From NCBI GenBank assembly GCA_040004535.1, contig JBDUAS010000004.1:9508-73507 (forward strand): a DNA stretch of 64,000 nt. Direction: 5' to 3'. Positions within the stretch are counted from its first letter, which is position 1. Each line of letters begins with the position of its first letter. Below, in pieces: positions 55,912 to 64,000 of the stretch. The DNA is from Deltaproteobacteria bacterium. GTDB taxonomy: Bacteria; Myxococcota_A; Polyangia; Haliangiales; Haliangiaceae. Made by a program: the position numbers and the translations under genes. The notes below the pieces were generated by a model. The model was not told the DNA's origin and ran no database searches. It worked only from the letters and a program-made list of their open reading frames with translations.

Positions 55912-55990
55912 GCCATGAATAGCGCTAGGTTGTTTCAACCAGATGGGAGTGGCGCAGACCTTGCCTAGCTCCGGCCGCGGTGCAGCATCC

Positions 55991-57277
55991 ATGATTCGCA
56001 CCCGCTGGCTCGTCGCGATCGTGATCATCGTCGTCGCGGGGATCGGTGCGCTCGTCTATCGGGACGAGACCGCGCGTTCGGATGCGGCGCTCGAGGATCT
56101 TGGCGAGCGTCAGGCCGAGCTCGCCAGCATCGCGGCCTCGGCGTTCGAGGTCGCACCTGCGGACGCGCGCGCCAAGCTCGCCGAGCGCCAGCACCGTGGC
56201 TCGCTGATCTTGATCGCGCCGCCGGGTGGAGATCTAAAGACGCTCGCAGGTGACGTGGTGTCTTTGCCCGCGCTGTCCCGCGCGATCGCGAACGACGCGA
56301 CCTCGTTGCGGCTGACGCCGGAGGACGCGAGCAGCCTCGGGTTTCCGGCGCGGACCGCGATGGTCGGACTCTCGCGGACCTCCGACGGCGGGATGATCGC
56401 GGTCGCGACCAGCGCGGAGCACCAACGCGATCGCGATCGCAGCGGCCGCGACCGCGTGCTGCTATCGATGGCGCTCGCGGCAGCGGTGATGACCGCATTC
56501 ACGTACGCGATCTGGAAGAAGCAACACCACGAGGCCGAGCTCGCGCGTGACCTCGCGGTCGCCGAGGCCGCGCGTGCGCGCGACGCCGACCTCGATCGGT
56601 TGCACCGGGCCGCGACGATGGCCGCGCTCGGCTCCGGCGTCGCGCACGAGCTGTCGACGCCGCTCGGCGTGATCGTCGGCCGCGCCGAGCAACTGCTCAC
56701 CCGCGCCGCCGGCGACGAGCGATCGATCAAGAGCGTGCAGGTCATCCTCGAACAAACCGACCACATCAATCAGGTCGTGCGTGGCCTGCTCGGACTGGCC
56801 CGCGGTGCGCCGATCGCGTTGCAGTCGGTCGAAGCCGAAGATCTGGTGACCGAGGCCGCTGCCCTCGTCCAGCACCGGTTCGTGCGCGCGAACGTGGTGC
56901 TCGAGCCCCATGTCGCGAGTCGGCTTCCCGAGATCCGCTGCGAGCCGCTGTTGTTCAAACACGCGCTCATCAACTTGCTGCTCAACGCGTGCGACGCCTC
57001 ACCGCCGCGGAGCACCGTGCGCGTCGATGTCACCGCCGACGCCGTCGAGATCGCGTTCGTCGTCACCGACGAGGGCGAAGGCATCACGCCGCAACACGCC
57101 AAGCGCGCGACCGAGCCGTTCTTCACCACGAAGCCTCCCGGTGAAGGGACCGGCCTCGGGCTCGCGATCGCGAACGAGATCGCGAAGACCCACCGTGGCT
57201 CGCTCGACCTCGCGCAGCGCTCGCCGCACGGCACGCGCGCGTGTATCCGGATCCCGCTCGAATCGAGTCCCGCATGA
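55991..57277 (+). CDS. Sensor histidine kinase, NtrB-like (about 428 aa)
   Basis: Two TM segments. H-box HELSTPLGVIVGRAEQL, N-box NLLLNACDAS, G-boxes DEGEGI and GTGLGLAIA. Confidence 0.8.
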   Translation: MIRTRWLVAIVIIVVAGIGALVYRDETARSDAALEDLGERQAELASIAASAFEVAPADARAKLAERQHRGSLILIAPPGGDLKTLAGDVVSLPALSRAIANDATSLRLTPEDASSLGFPARTAMVGLSRTSDGGMIAVATSAEHQRDRDRSGRDRVLLSMALAAAVMTAFTYAIWKKQHHEAELARDLAVAEAARARDADLDRLHRAATMAALGSGVAHELSTPLGVIVGRAEQLLTRAAGDERSIKSVQVILEQTDHINQVVRGLLGLARGAPIALQSVEAEDLVTEAAALVQHRFVRANVVLEPHVASRLPEIRCEPLLFKHALINLLLNACDASPPRSTVRVDVTADAVEIAFVVTDEGEGITPQHAKRATEPFFTTKPPGEGTGLGLAIANEIAKTHRGSLDLAQRSPHGTRACIRIPLESSPA

Positions 57278-58626
57278 CGCCTCGCACGCTGACGAACGTG
57301 ATCGTGGTCGACGACAAGCTCGCGATGGCGGAGACGCTCGCCGACGGGCTGACCGATCTCGGAGTTGCCGCGACCGCGTTCGGATCGAGCCGCGCCGCGC
57401 TCGAAGCCGTCACCAATGGTGACGTCGACGTCATCGTCACCGATCTACGCATGCCCGAGCTCGACGGACTCGCTCTGCTCGACGCGATCCGCGCCGCGAA
57501 GCCCGAGACCCAGGTAATCGTGATGACCGCGTACGGCGCGATCGATTCGGCGGTCGAGGCGATCCGGCGCGGCGCGTATCACTACCTGACCAAGCCGTTC
57601 AAGCTCGACGAGCTCGGGATCTACGTCAAGCGCGCGATCGCGGAGCGGGCCCTGCGGCGCGAGGCTGCGAGCATGCGCCGCCAGCTCGATGCGCGGTTCG
57701 CACTGCACGGCCTCGTCGCGCACAGCGCCGCGATGCAGCGGGTGCTCGGCATCGTCGACCGGATCGCACCGACCAGCGTGCCGGTGATGATCACGGGCGA
57801 GACCGGTACCGGCAAGAGCGCGATCGCGCGTGCGATTCACGGCACGAGCACCCGCGCGAAGCATCCGTTCATCGCGCTCAACTGCGCGGCTCTTCCCGAG
57901 CAGCTGCTCGAGAGCGAGCTGTTCGGCCACGTCCGCGGTGCCTTCACCGGGGCCACCCACGATCACCCCGGCCTGTTCGTCGCGGCCGATGGAGGCACGC
58001 TGCTGCTCGACGAGCTCGCGGAGATGCCGATCGCGTTGCAACCGAAGCTGTTGCGGGTGCTCGAAGCGGGTACGTTGCGCCCCGTCGGCGCGACCCAGGA
58101 ACGGAGCGTGGACGTCCGCGTGATCGCGGCGACCCATCGCGACGTGCGGGCGGCGGTCGCCGCCGGGACGCTGCGCGAAGACTTGTTGTATCGGCTGAAC
58201 GTGCTCGCGATCGAGGTCCCACCGCTACGCGAGCGTCGCGATGACATTGCACCCCTGGTCGAGCACTTCTTCGCCGAGGCCGTCACGCGCCATGCGAACA
58301 CCGTTGCGAGGTGCTTCTCGCGCGCGGCGATGAGACGCCTGCTCGATCACGCGTGGCCCGGCAATGTCCGCGAGCTCGCCCACGTCGTCGAACGCGGCGT
58401 GCTGCTCGCAGCGCACGACGAGATCTCGATCGCTGATCTCGGACTCGAAGTGGAAACCTCCAGGACCTCGCCGATGTGGTTCGGTGGCGACGTGCTGCCC
58501 ATGAACGAGATCCAACGTCGCTATGCTCGCTGGGCGCTTGATCGTTTCGGCGGTCACAAGACGCGGACCGCGGAGCGGCTCGACATCGACGCTAAAACCC
58601 TGAATCGCTGGCTCGCGGACGACTAA
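57274..58626 (+). CDS. Sigma-54-dependent response regulator, NtrC family (450 aa)
   Basis: ATGA overlap with the kinase gene. REC domain (VIVVDD ... VIVTDLRMPELDG), AAA+ domain (GETGTGKS, ESELFGHVRGAFTGA), and an HTH tail. Confidence 0.9.
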   Translation: MTPRTLTNVIVVDDKLAMAETLADGLTDLGVAATAFGSSRAALEAVTNGDVDVIVTDLRMPELDGLALLDAIRAAKPETQVIVMTAYGAIDSAVEAIRRGAYHYLTKPFKLDELGIYVKRAIAERALRREAASMRRQLDARFALHGLVAHSAAMQRVLGIVDRIAPTSVPVMITGETGTGKSAIARAIHGTSTRAKHPFIALNCAALPEQLLESELFGHVRGAFTGATHDHPGLFVAADGGTLLLDELAEMPIALQPKLLRVLEAGTLRPVGATQERSVDVRVIAATHRDVRAAVAAGTLREDLLYRLNVLAIEVPPLRERRDDIAPLVEHFFAEAVTRHANTVARCFSRAAMRRLLDHAWPGNVRELAHVVERGVLLAAHDEISIADLGLEVETSRTSPMWFGGDVLPMNEIQRRYARWALDRFGGHKTRTAERLDIDAKTLNRWLADD

Positions 58627-58645
58627 GCGCTGATCGTTTCGCCGG

Positions 58646-58662
58646 CGTCACCTTCGTGCCAC
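58646..58662 (+). promoter_or_regulatory. Pho-box-like direct repeat (CGTCAC-N5-tGCCAC)
   Basis: CGTCACcttcgtGCCAC with 11-bp periodicity, 23 nt upstream of the porin ATG. Confidence 0.4.
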
Positions 58663-58685
58663 GCGCCGCGGTAAAGGTGAGCAGC

Positions 58686-60200
58686 ATGTCAAAGCGCTCT
58701 CGCCTGGTTTCACTGCTCGCGCTCACCATCGCGTCGCCTGCCCTCGCGCAGCCGGCACCAGATCCGAATGCTCCGCCGGCAACGCCGCCGGCGACGCCGC
58801 CGGCGACGCCGACGGAACCTACGCCTCCCGCCACCGGCTCGGTTTCCGAGCCGGTCGTCACCCCAACCGTGTCGAATCCGCCGAACGCACCGACGCCACC
58901 CATCGGCGAGCAGCCGGCCGAACCGCCGAAAGTCGAGCCGAAGAAGGACGACAAGCCGCCGCCGCCGGTCCACTCGAAGTGGGACGCGACGCTCTACGGC
59001 TTTGCCGAGCTCGACGCGATCTGGGATTCGACACAGGGCTTCGGAGAGCTCGCCGGTGGCGCCCCGATCGCACGTCCCGGTACGTACGCCGGTGATCACG
59101 GCCAGACCACGTTCACCCCGCGCAACTCGCGGATCGGCTTCAAGCTCGCGGCGCCCGAGGTCAACGACATCAAGGCGAGTGCCCAGCTCGAGATGGACTT
59201 CCTCGGCAACCAGCCGCCGGGCATCTCCGAGTCCTCGCTCTACGGCAACGCGACGTTCCGGATCCGCCACATGAACGTGAAGATGGAGACGCCGTACGTC
59301 GACATCCTCGCGGGCCAATATTGGAACCTGTTCGGCTGGCAGTCGCTGTTTCAACCGAACACCGTCGCGATCCAGGGCATCCCCGGCGAGCTCTATTCAC
59401 GCGTCGCGCAGGTCCGCATTGGCAAGGTGATCGAGGGCGGTGGCGTCGACGTCGAGCTCCAGAGCGCCGCGAACCGGCCGGCGGAGCGCGCGTCGCAGAC
59501 GCCCGATGGGGTCGCCGCGATCAAGATCATGTTGCCGGGCGTGAAGGCGTGGCACACCGCCGGCAGTACGGGCAGCTCGCTCGATAGCGCCGCACTCGGG
59601 GTGTCGGTCATCGGCCGCCGGTTCACGCCGCCGGAGCTCTCGGCGACTCCGGGCAAGCAGGTCGCCAAGAATGGCTATGGCATCGCGGTCGACGCACTGA
59701 TCCCGGTCGTCCCTGCGACCAAGAAGAGCCACGCCGGCGCGCTGACGCTCAACGGCGAATTCGTCTACAGCGCGGGCGTCGCGGATCAGTACACAGGCTT
59801 CAGCGGTGGCGTCGCCAATCCGACGCTACCGAACCCGTCGATGGCGAATCCGGCACCGACGTACACGACCGTGCTCGACGGTGGCCTCGCGCTGTTCAGC
59901 CCCGATGGCACGCTGCACCCGATCCAGTGGACCTCGATCCTCGGCGGCGCGCAGTTCTACATCAACGATCAGTGGTGGATCGCGGCCAACTACTCGCACA
60001 TGAGCTCGGGTAACGCCCACCTGTTCGGGGCGGCCACCAAGGTGTTCGACACGTCCAACTGGGCGGACGCCAACGTGATGGTCGACCTGACTCCTGCGGT
60101 GCGGCTAGGCGTCGAATACTCTTGGTTCAATCAGACCTACGTCGACATGAAGGACGCGACCGACCACCGCGTCCAGGGATCCTTCTTCTTCATCTTCTAG
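58686..60200 (+). CDS. Outer-membrane porin, probably phosphate-regulated (504 aa)
   Basis: Signal peptide LLALTIASPALAQ, a Pro-rich linker, and a beta-barrel pattern ending in GSFFFIF. A Pho-box-like repeat lies upstream. Confidence 0.7.
   Translation: MSKRSRLVSLLALTIASPALAQPAPDPNAPPATPPATPPATPTEPTPPATGSVSEPVVTPTVSNPPNAPTPPIGEQPAEPPKVEPKKDDKPPPPVHSKWDATLYGFAELDAIWDSTQGFGELAGGAPIARPGTYAGDHGQTTFTPRNSRIGFKLAAPEVNDIKASAQLEMDFLGNQPPGISESSLYGNATFRIRHMNVKMETPYVDILAGQYWNLFGWQSLFQPNTVAIQGIPGELYSRVAQVRIGKVIEGGGVDVELQSAANRPAERASQTPDGVAAIKIMLPGVKAWHTAGSTGSSLDSAALGVSVIGRRFTPPELSATPGKQVAKNGYGIAVDALIPVVPATKKSHAGALTLNGEFVYSAGVADQYTGFSGGVANPTLPNPSMANPAPTYTTVLDGGLALFSPDGTLHPIQWTSILGGAQFYINDQWWIAANYSHMSSGNAHLFGAATKVFDTSNWADANVMVDLTPAVRLGVEYSWFNQTYVDMKDATDHRVQGSFFFIF
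58773..58808 (+). repeat. Tandem 12-nt repeat x3 encoding PPATPPATPPAT
   Basis: ccgccggcaacg ccgccggcgacg ccgccggcgacg, located inside the porin linker. Confidence 0.8.
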
Positions 60201-60226
60201 GCAACTTCGACGAGTCGCCGCCTCGG

Positions 60227-60243
60227 CGTCACGTTCCCGTCAC
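60227..60243 (+). promoter_or_regulatory. Pho-box-like direct repeat (CGTCAC-N5-CGTCAC)
   Basis: CGTCACgttccCGTCAC, 23 nt upstream of the phoB ATG 60267. Confidence 0.5.
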
Positions 60244-60266
60244 CGGGACCATGCTAAGGCTGGGGC

Positions 60267-60971
60267 ATGAGCGGATTGGTCCTGGTTATCGAGGACGAAG
60301 TCGATCTCGCCACGACCCTCGAATACAACCTGAGGTCGGAAGGCTTTCAGGTTCGACTCGCCCACAGTGGACGTCAAGGTTTGGCAGCGGCGTCGAGCGA
60401 TCCGACGCCCGACGTCATCGTCCTCGACCTGATGCTGCCGGATCTCGCCGGCACCGAGATTTGCCGGCGGTTGCGCGAGCAAGATCGCACGCGCGAGACG
60501 CCGGTGATCATGTGCACGGCGAAGGGCGAGGAGATCGATCGCGTCGTCGGCTTCGAGGTCGGCGCGGACGATTACCTGGTCAAGCCGTTCAGCGTGCGCG
60601 AGCTGATCTTGCGGATCCGCGCGCTGATGCGCCGGGTGCAACGCACCGAGGGCGAGCCTTCGTTGATCCGGTTCGGCCGCTTGAAGATCGATCGCGACGC
60701 ACATCGCGCATGGGTCGACGAAGGCGAGATCGGGTTGACCGCGCTCGAGTTCCGGCTGCTGCACGCGTTCCTGTCGCGTCGCGGCCGGGTCCAGACGCGC
60801 GACGCGTTGCTCTCGGACGTGTGGGGCATCGACGCGGACGTCACGACCCGCACCGTCGACACGCACGTCAAGCGGCTGCGCGAGAAGCTCGGCGATGCCG
60901 GCGCGTACATCGAGACGCTGCGCGGTGTCGGCTATCGGTTCAAGGGCGAGCCCGAGGAAGCGGAAGCATGA
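60267..60971 (+). CDS. phoB: Phosphate regulon response regulator PhoB (OmpR family) (234 aa)
   Basis: REC domain (VLVIEDE ... VIVLDLMLPDLAG ... KPF) plus a winged helix (LTALEFRLL ... TVDTHVKRLREKL ... GVGYRF). The genomic context is phoR-phoU-pstS. Confidence 0.85.
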   Translation: MSGLVLVIEDEVDLATTLEYNLRSEGFQVRLAHSGRQGLAAASSDPTPDVIVLDLMLPDLAGTEICRRLREQDRTRETPVIMCTAKGEEIDRVVGFEVGADDYLVKPFSVRELILRIRALMRRVQRTEGEPSLIRFGRLKIDRDAHRAWVDEGEIGLTALEFRLLHAFLSRRGRVQTRDALLSDVWGIDADVTTRTVDTHVKRLREKLGDAGAYIETLRGVGYRFKGEPEEAEA

Positions 60972-62215
60972 CCTACTTCGTGATCGCGCTCGTCTGTATC
61001 GCCGCCACGGCGATCGTGACGGTCGCGATCATGCGCCGGCCGATGCGCGCGCTGATCCAGGACGTCCAGAACATCGTCCGCGATCCGGCGAAGCGGATCC
61101 CCGCGATCACCGGCAGCTCCGACATGCGCGAGCTCGCACGCTGGATCAACGCGATCGCCGAGGATTCCGAGCGCAGCCGCGACGCGCTCCACCACGAACG
61201 CACGTTGCTCGCTTCGGTTGCCGACGGCCTCACCCAAGGCGTGATCGCGATCGACGGCGAGCGCAAGATCGAGATGCTGAACGACGCCGCGCGCCGGATG
61301 CTCGGCGTCCAGAGCTCGCTCGTCGGCGAGCCGCTGCTCGAGTTCGTGCGCGTGCCCGAGCTCCGCGATTTGATCGATCACACGAACGACGCGAGCGCCG
61401 AGGTCCAGCTACCGCACGGCCCGCGCGCATTGATCCGCGCTGCGCGCACGTGGGGACGCGCCGGCCGCGTGTTGCTCCTCGAGGACGTCACGACCGTACG
61501 CAAGCTCGAGACCGTGCGTCGCGACTTCATCGCGAACGTCTCGCACGAGCTGCGCACCCCTGTCGCCGTGATCCGCGCGAACGCCGAGACGCTGCTCGCC
61601 GGTGCGAAGAACGATCCGCAGATGGCGACGAAGCTGATCGAAGGGCTCCATCGCAACTCGGAGCGGCTCGCGCGCATCCTCGCCGACCTGTTGGATCTGT
61701 CGCGCCTCGACGCCGGTCAGTACCGGCTCGAGCTCGCGCCGACGTCGGTCAAGGCCGTCACCGAGCAGTCGCTCACCGCGGTCGAGCCCCAGGCGCAGGC
61801 GCGCAAGATTTCAGTCGTCGTCGACGTGCCCGAAGATCTGGAGGTGCGCGCCGATGCGAAGGCGCTCGATCAGATCCTCGTCAACTTGATCGACAACGGC
61901 GTCAAGTACACCCAGGCCGAAGGCCACGTGTGGGTCGCCGCGAAGCAGCTCGATGCGACGGTCCGCATCGAGGTCCGCGACGACGGCCCGGGAATCTCCG
62001 ACAAGCACCGGGCCCGCGTGTTCGAACGCTTCTATCGCGCCGATCCGAGCCGCTCGCGTGAAGCGGGTGGAACCGGCTTGGGACTGTCGATCGTCAAGCA
62101 CCTCGTCGAGAGCATGGGGGGTGAGGTCGGCGTCGAGCCCAATACACCGCGCGGCAGCATCTTCTGGCTCCAGCTCCCGCGCGTCATCACTCCACAGAAA
62201 GCACTCGCCTCATGA
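60968..62215 (+). CDS. phoR: Phosphate regulon sensor kinase PhoR-like (415 aa)
   Basis: ATGA overlap with phoB. TM segment, PAS-like domain, and H-box SHELRTPVAVIRANAETL. Also contains RFYRAD and GTGLGLSIVKH. Confidence 0.85.
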   Translation: MTYFVIALVCIAATAIVTVAIMRRPMRALIQDVQNIVRDPAKRIPAITGSSDMRELARWINAIAEDSERSRDALHHERTLLASVADGLTQGVIAIDGERKIEMLNDAARRMLGVQSSLVGEPLLEFVRVPELRDLIDHTNDASAEVQLPHGPRALIRAARTWGRAGRVLLLEDVTTVRKLETVRRDFIANVSHELRTPVAVIRANAETLLAGAKNDPQMATKLIEGLHRNSERLARILADLLDLSRLDAGQYRLELAPTSVKAVTEQSLTAVEPQAQARKISVVVDVPEDLEVRADAKALDQILVNLIDNGVKYTQAEGHVWVAAKQLDATVRIEVRDDGPGISDKHRARVFERFYRADPSRSREAGGTGLGLSIVKHLVESMGGEVGVEPNTPRGSIFWLQLPRVITPQKALAS

Positions 62216-62898
62216 TCGGATCGCTTACCAGCAAGGACTTCGAGACCGAGCTGCGCACGCTGCGCGAGCGGTTATGCGCGATGGGCGGGCGCTGCGAGCA
62301 GCAGATCACGCTCGCGATGCAATCGCTCGCCGACCGCGACGACGAGCTCGCGCGCAAGGTGATCGACAACGACATGGCGATCGATCGCGACGAGAACGAG
62401 GTCGACGAGCTCGCGCTCCAGATCCTCGCGACGCGCCAGCCGGTGGCATCGGACCTGCGGTTCATCACGATGTCGCTGAAGTTCGTCACCGACCTCGAGC
62501 GGATCGGCGATCTCGCCGCGGGTATCGCGAAGCGCGCGCTCGAGATCAACCACCTGCCGCCGCTCGGTCACAGCCCCGATCTCGGCCGGCTCGCCGGCTT
62601 GGTTCACAAGAACCTCAAGGCCGCGCTCGATAGCTTCGTCGCCAAAGACGCGGATCGGGCGACCTCGGTGATCACCGCAGACCGCGAGATCGACGCACTC
62701 AATGCGAGCCAGTTCGCAGAGCTACTCGCACACGTCGCGACCGACCCCGCCACGGTCACCCGTGTGCTGCCTTTGACCTCGGTTTGCCGCTATCTCGAGC
62801 GCATCGGCGACCACGTAAAAAACCTCGCCGAGGAGGTGGTTTACATGGTGCGCGCGCAAGACGTGCGGCATCGCCCGGTCGTCGTGCCGTCGAACTGA
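62212..62898 (+). CDS. phoU: Phosphate signalling complex protein PhoU (228 aa)
   Basis: Two PhoU repeats: DxxIDRDENEVDEL ... RQPVASDLRF ... LERIGD, and a second repeat ending YLERIGDH. Confidence 0.9.
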   Translation: MIGSLTSKDFETELRTLRERLCAMGGRCEQQITLAMQSLADRDDELARKVIDNDMAIDRDENEVDELALQILATRQPVASDLRFITMSLKFVTDLERIGDLAAGIAKRALEINHLPPLGHSPDLGRLAGLVHKNLKAALDSFVAKDADRATSVITADREIDALNASQFAELLAHVATDPATVTRVLPLTSVCRYLERIGDHVKNLAEEVVYMVRAQDVRHRPVVVPSN

Positions 62899-62938
62899 CT
62901 CCGGCTGATCGAAGCTCGCAAGATCGTTCCATTCTCGA

Positions 62939-62955
62939 CGTCACCGTCCCGTCAC
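62939..62955 (+). promoter_or_regulatory. Pho-box-like direct repeat (CGTCAC-N5-CGTCAC)
   Basis: CGTCACcgtccCGTCAC, 45 nt upstream of the pstS ATG 63001. Confidence 0.5.
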
Positions 62956-63000
62956 AGAGCTGCCGTTAGGGCGCCGTATCGAGGATCTACGGTCCTGGGC

Positions 63001-64000
63001 ATGAAGACCTGGATCGCGATCCTCGCCAGCTCCACAGCCCTGTTCGCCGTGTCGTGTAAGAAGGGCGAAGACAAGGGAACTCCGAAGATGACCGAAGGGT
63101 CGGACAAGGGCGCGATGAAGCCCGAGCCGTCCGGTCCGGTCTCGCTCAGCGCGAGCGGCTCGACGTTCCAGAAGGCATTCGAGGAGATCGCGATGGACTC
63201 GTTCATGAAGAGCCATCCCGACATCAAGCTCACCTACGGCGGCGGCGGTTCGGGTAAGGGCCGCCAGGATCTCGCCGACATGGTCGTCGACTTCGCCGGC
63301 TCGGACTCGAAGTACAAGGACGAGGACAAGGCGAAGATCAAGGGAGGGGACGTCCTGTACTTCCCGATCCTGCTCGGCGGGATCACGGTCTCGTACAACG
63401 TCCAGGGAGCCGACAACCTGAACCTGTCGCCCGACACCGTCGCGAAGATCTTTCAAGGCGACATCAAGAAGTGGAACGACCCGGCGATCGTCGCCGACAA
63501 CAAGGGTGCGAAGCTGCCCGCCGAAGCGATCGTCGTCGTCCACCGCGCCGACGGATCGGGGACGACCGACAACTTCACGAAGTACCTCGACACCGCCTCG
63601 GGTGGCGCGTGGAAGCTCGAGAGCGGCTCGACGGTCGACTGGCCGAAGGACACGCAAGCGGGTCAAGGCAACGGCGGCGTCGCCCAGATCGTGTCGTCCA
63701 CGAAGGGCGCGATCGGCTACGTCGATCTCTCGGATGCGAAGGCCGCGAAGCTGCACTACGCAAACATCAAGAACAAGAACGGCAAGTTCGTCGAGCCGAC
63801 CGCGGATAGCGCCTCGGCAGCCGGCGATGGCATCGACGTCAAGGATGACCTGACGTTCAGCGCGCTCGACGCGAAGGGCGACGCCGCGTATCCGATCACC
63901 TATCAGAGCTGGGTCATCGTCTACGCGAAGCAGGCCGACCCGAAGAAGGGCGCCGCGCTCAAGCAGTACCTGTCGTACCTCATCGGCGACGCGCAGAAGG
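63001..64000 (+). CDS. pstS: Phosphate ABC transporter substrate-binding lipoprotein PstS (partial, runs off the window)
   Basis: Lipobox LFAVSC. ASGSTFQKAF, YGGGGSGKG, HRADGSGTT and GAIGYVD are typical PstS motifs. The frame is open to the end of the window and is absent from the ORF track because it has no stop. Confidence 0.9.
   Translation, partial: MKTWIAILASSTALFAVSCKKGEDKGTPKMTEGSDKGAMKPEPSGPVSLSASGSTFQKAFEEIAMDSFMKSHPDIKLTYGGGGSGKGRQDLADMVVDFAGSDSKYKDEDKAKIKGGDVLYFPILLGGITVSYNVQGADNLNLSPDTVAKIFQGDIKKWNDPAIVADNKGAKLPAEAIVVVHRADGSGTTDNFTKYLDTASGGAWKLESGSTVDWPKDTQAGQGNGGVAQIVSSTKGAIGYVDLSDAKAAKLHYANIKNKNGKFVEPTADSASAAGDGIDVKDDLTFSALDAKGDAAYPITYQSWVIVYAKQADPKKGAALKQYLSYLIGDAQK

Overview
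Very GC-rich bacterial chromosomal window with strong third-position GC bias, which produces many long spurious antisense or out-of-frame ORFs. About 60 genes can be supported. No rRNA, tRNA, CRISPR array, transposase or integrase was seen. The gene content looks myxobacterial (Myxococcota). This is inference from many Ser/Thr-kinase, PP2C, FHA and sigma-54 signalling genes, a MYXO-CTERM-like tail, ADYC-like and TIGR02996-like domains, and an LVIVD lipoprotein. Layout: (1) 1-16.2 kb holds a DUF2760-like gene plus two paralogous non-canonical Hsp70 genes. They are split by an 11-kb block carrying a 7-gene TonB/ExbB/ExbD/TonB-dependent-receptor operon and an ECF sigma/FecR pair. (2) 16-29 kb holds lipoproteins and signalling genes: a membrane SpoIIE phosphatase, a PilZ-receiver protein, an orphan protease-propeptide-like ORF, a Ser/Thr kinase-TPR protein coupled to an ADYC-like lipoprotein, and an FHA/sigma-54 activator. 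(3) 29.6-34.9 kb holds a translationally coupled four-gene operon built around a PP2C phosphatase with a large uncharacterised C-terminal domain, divergent from an output-less double-receiver regulator. This is my best candidate for an undescribed system. (4) 35-43 kb holds ggt, a VWA lipoprotein behind a near-consensus sigma-54 promoter, pepP, an antiporter and yhbY. (5) 42.7-50.1 kb is a thiol/redox-stress island. An ECF sigma fused to a ZAS-type zinc anti-sigma domain sits among small redox genes, and six copies of one RpoE-like promoter motif (GAACCCT-N16-TCTCA) precede them. The island also contains a deletion-scarred MFP/RND pseudogene. (6) 50.1-58.6 kb holds a TolC-MFP-RND efflux operon with a sigma-54 promoter and tandem upstream sites, next to an NtrB/NtrC-type pair. 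(7) 58.6-64 kb is a Pho block (porin, phoB, phoR, phoU, pstS) with three copies of a CGTCAC-N5-CGTCAC Pho-box-like repeat. All family assignments come from motif recognition by eye. No database search was run.
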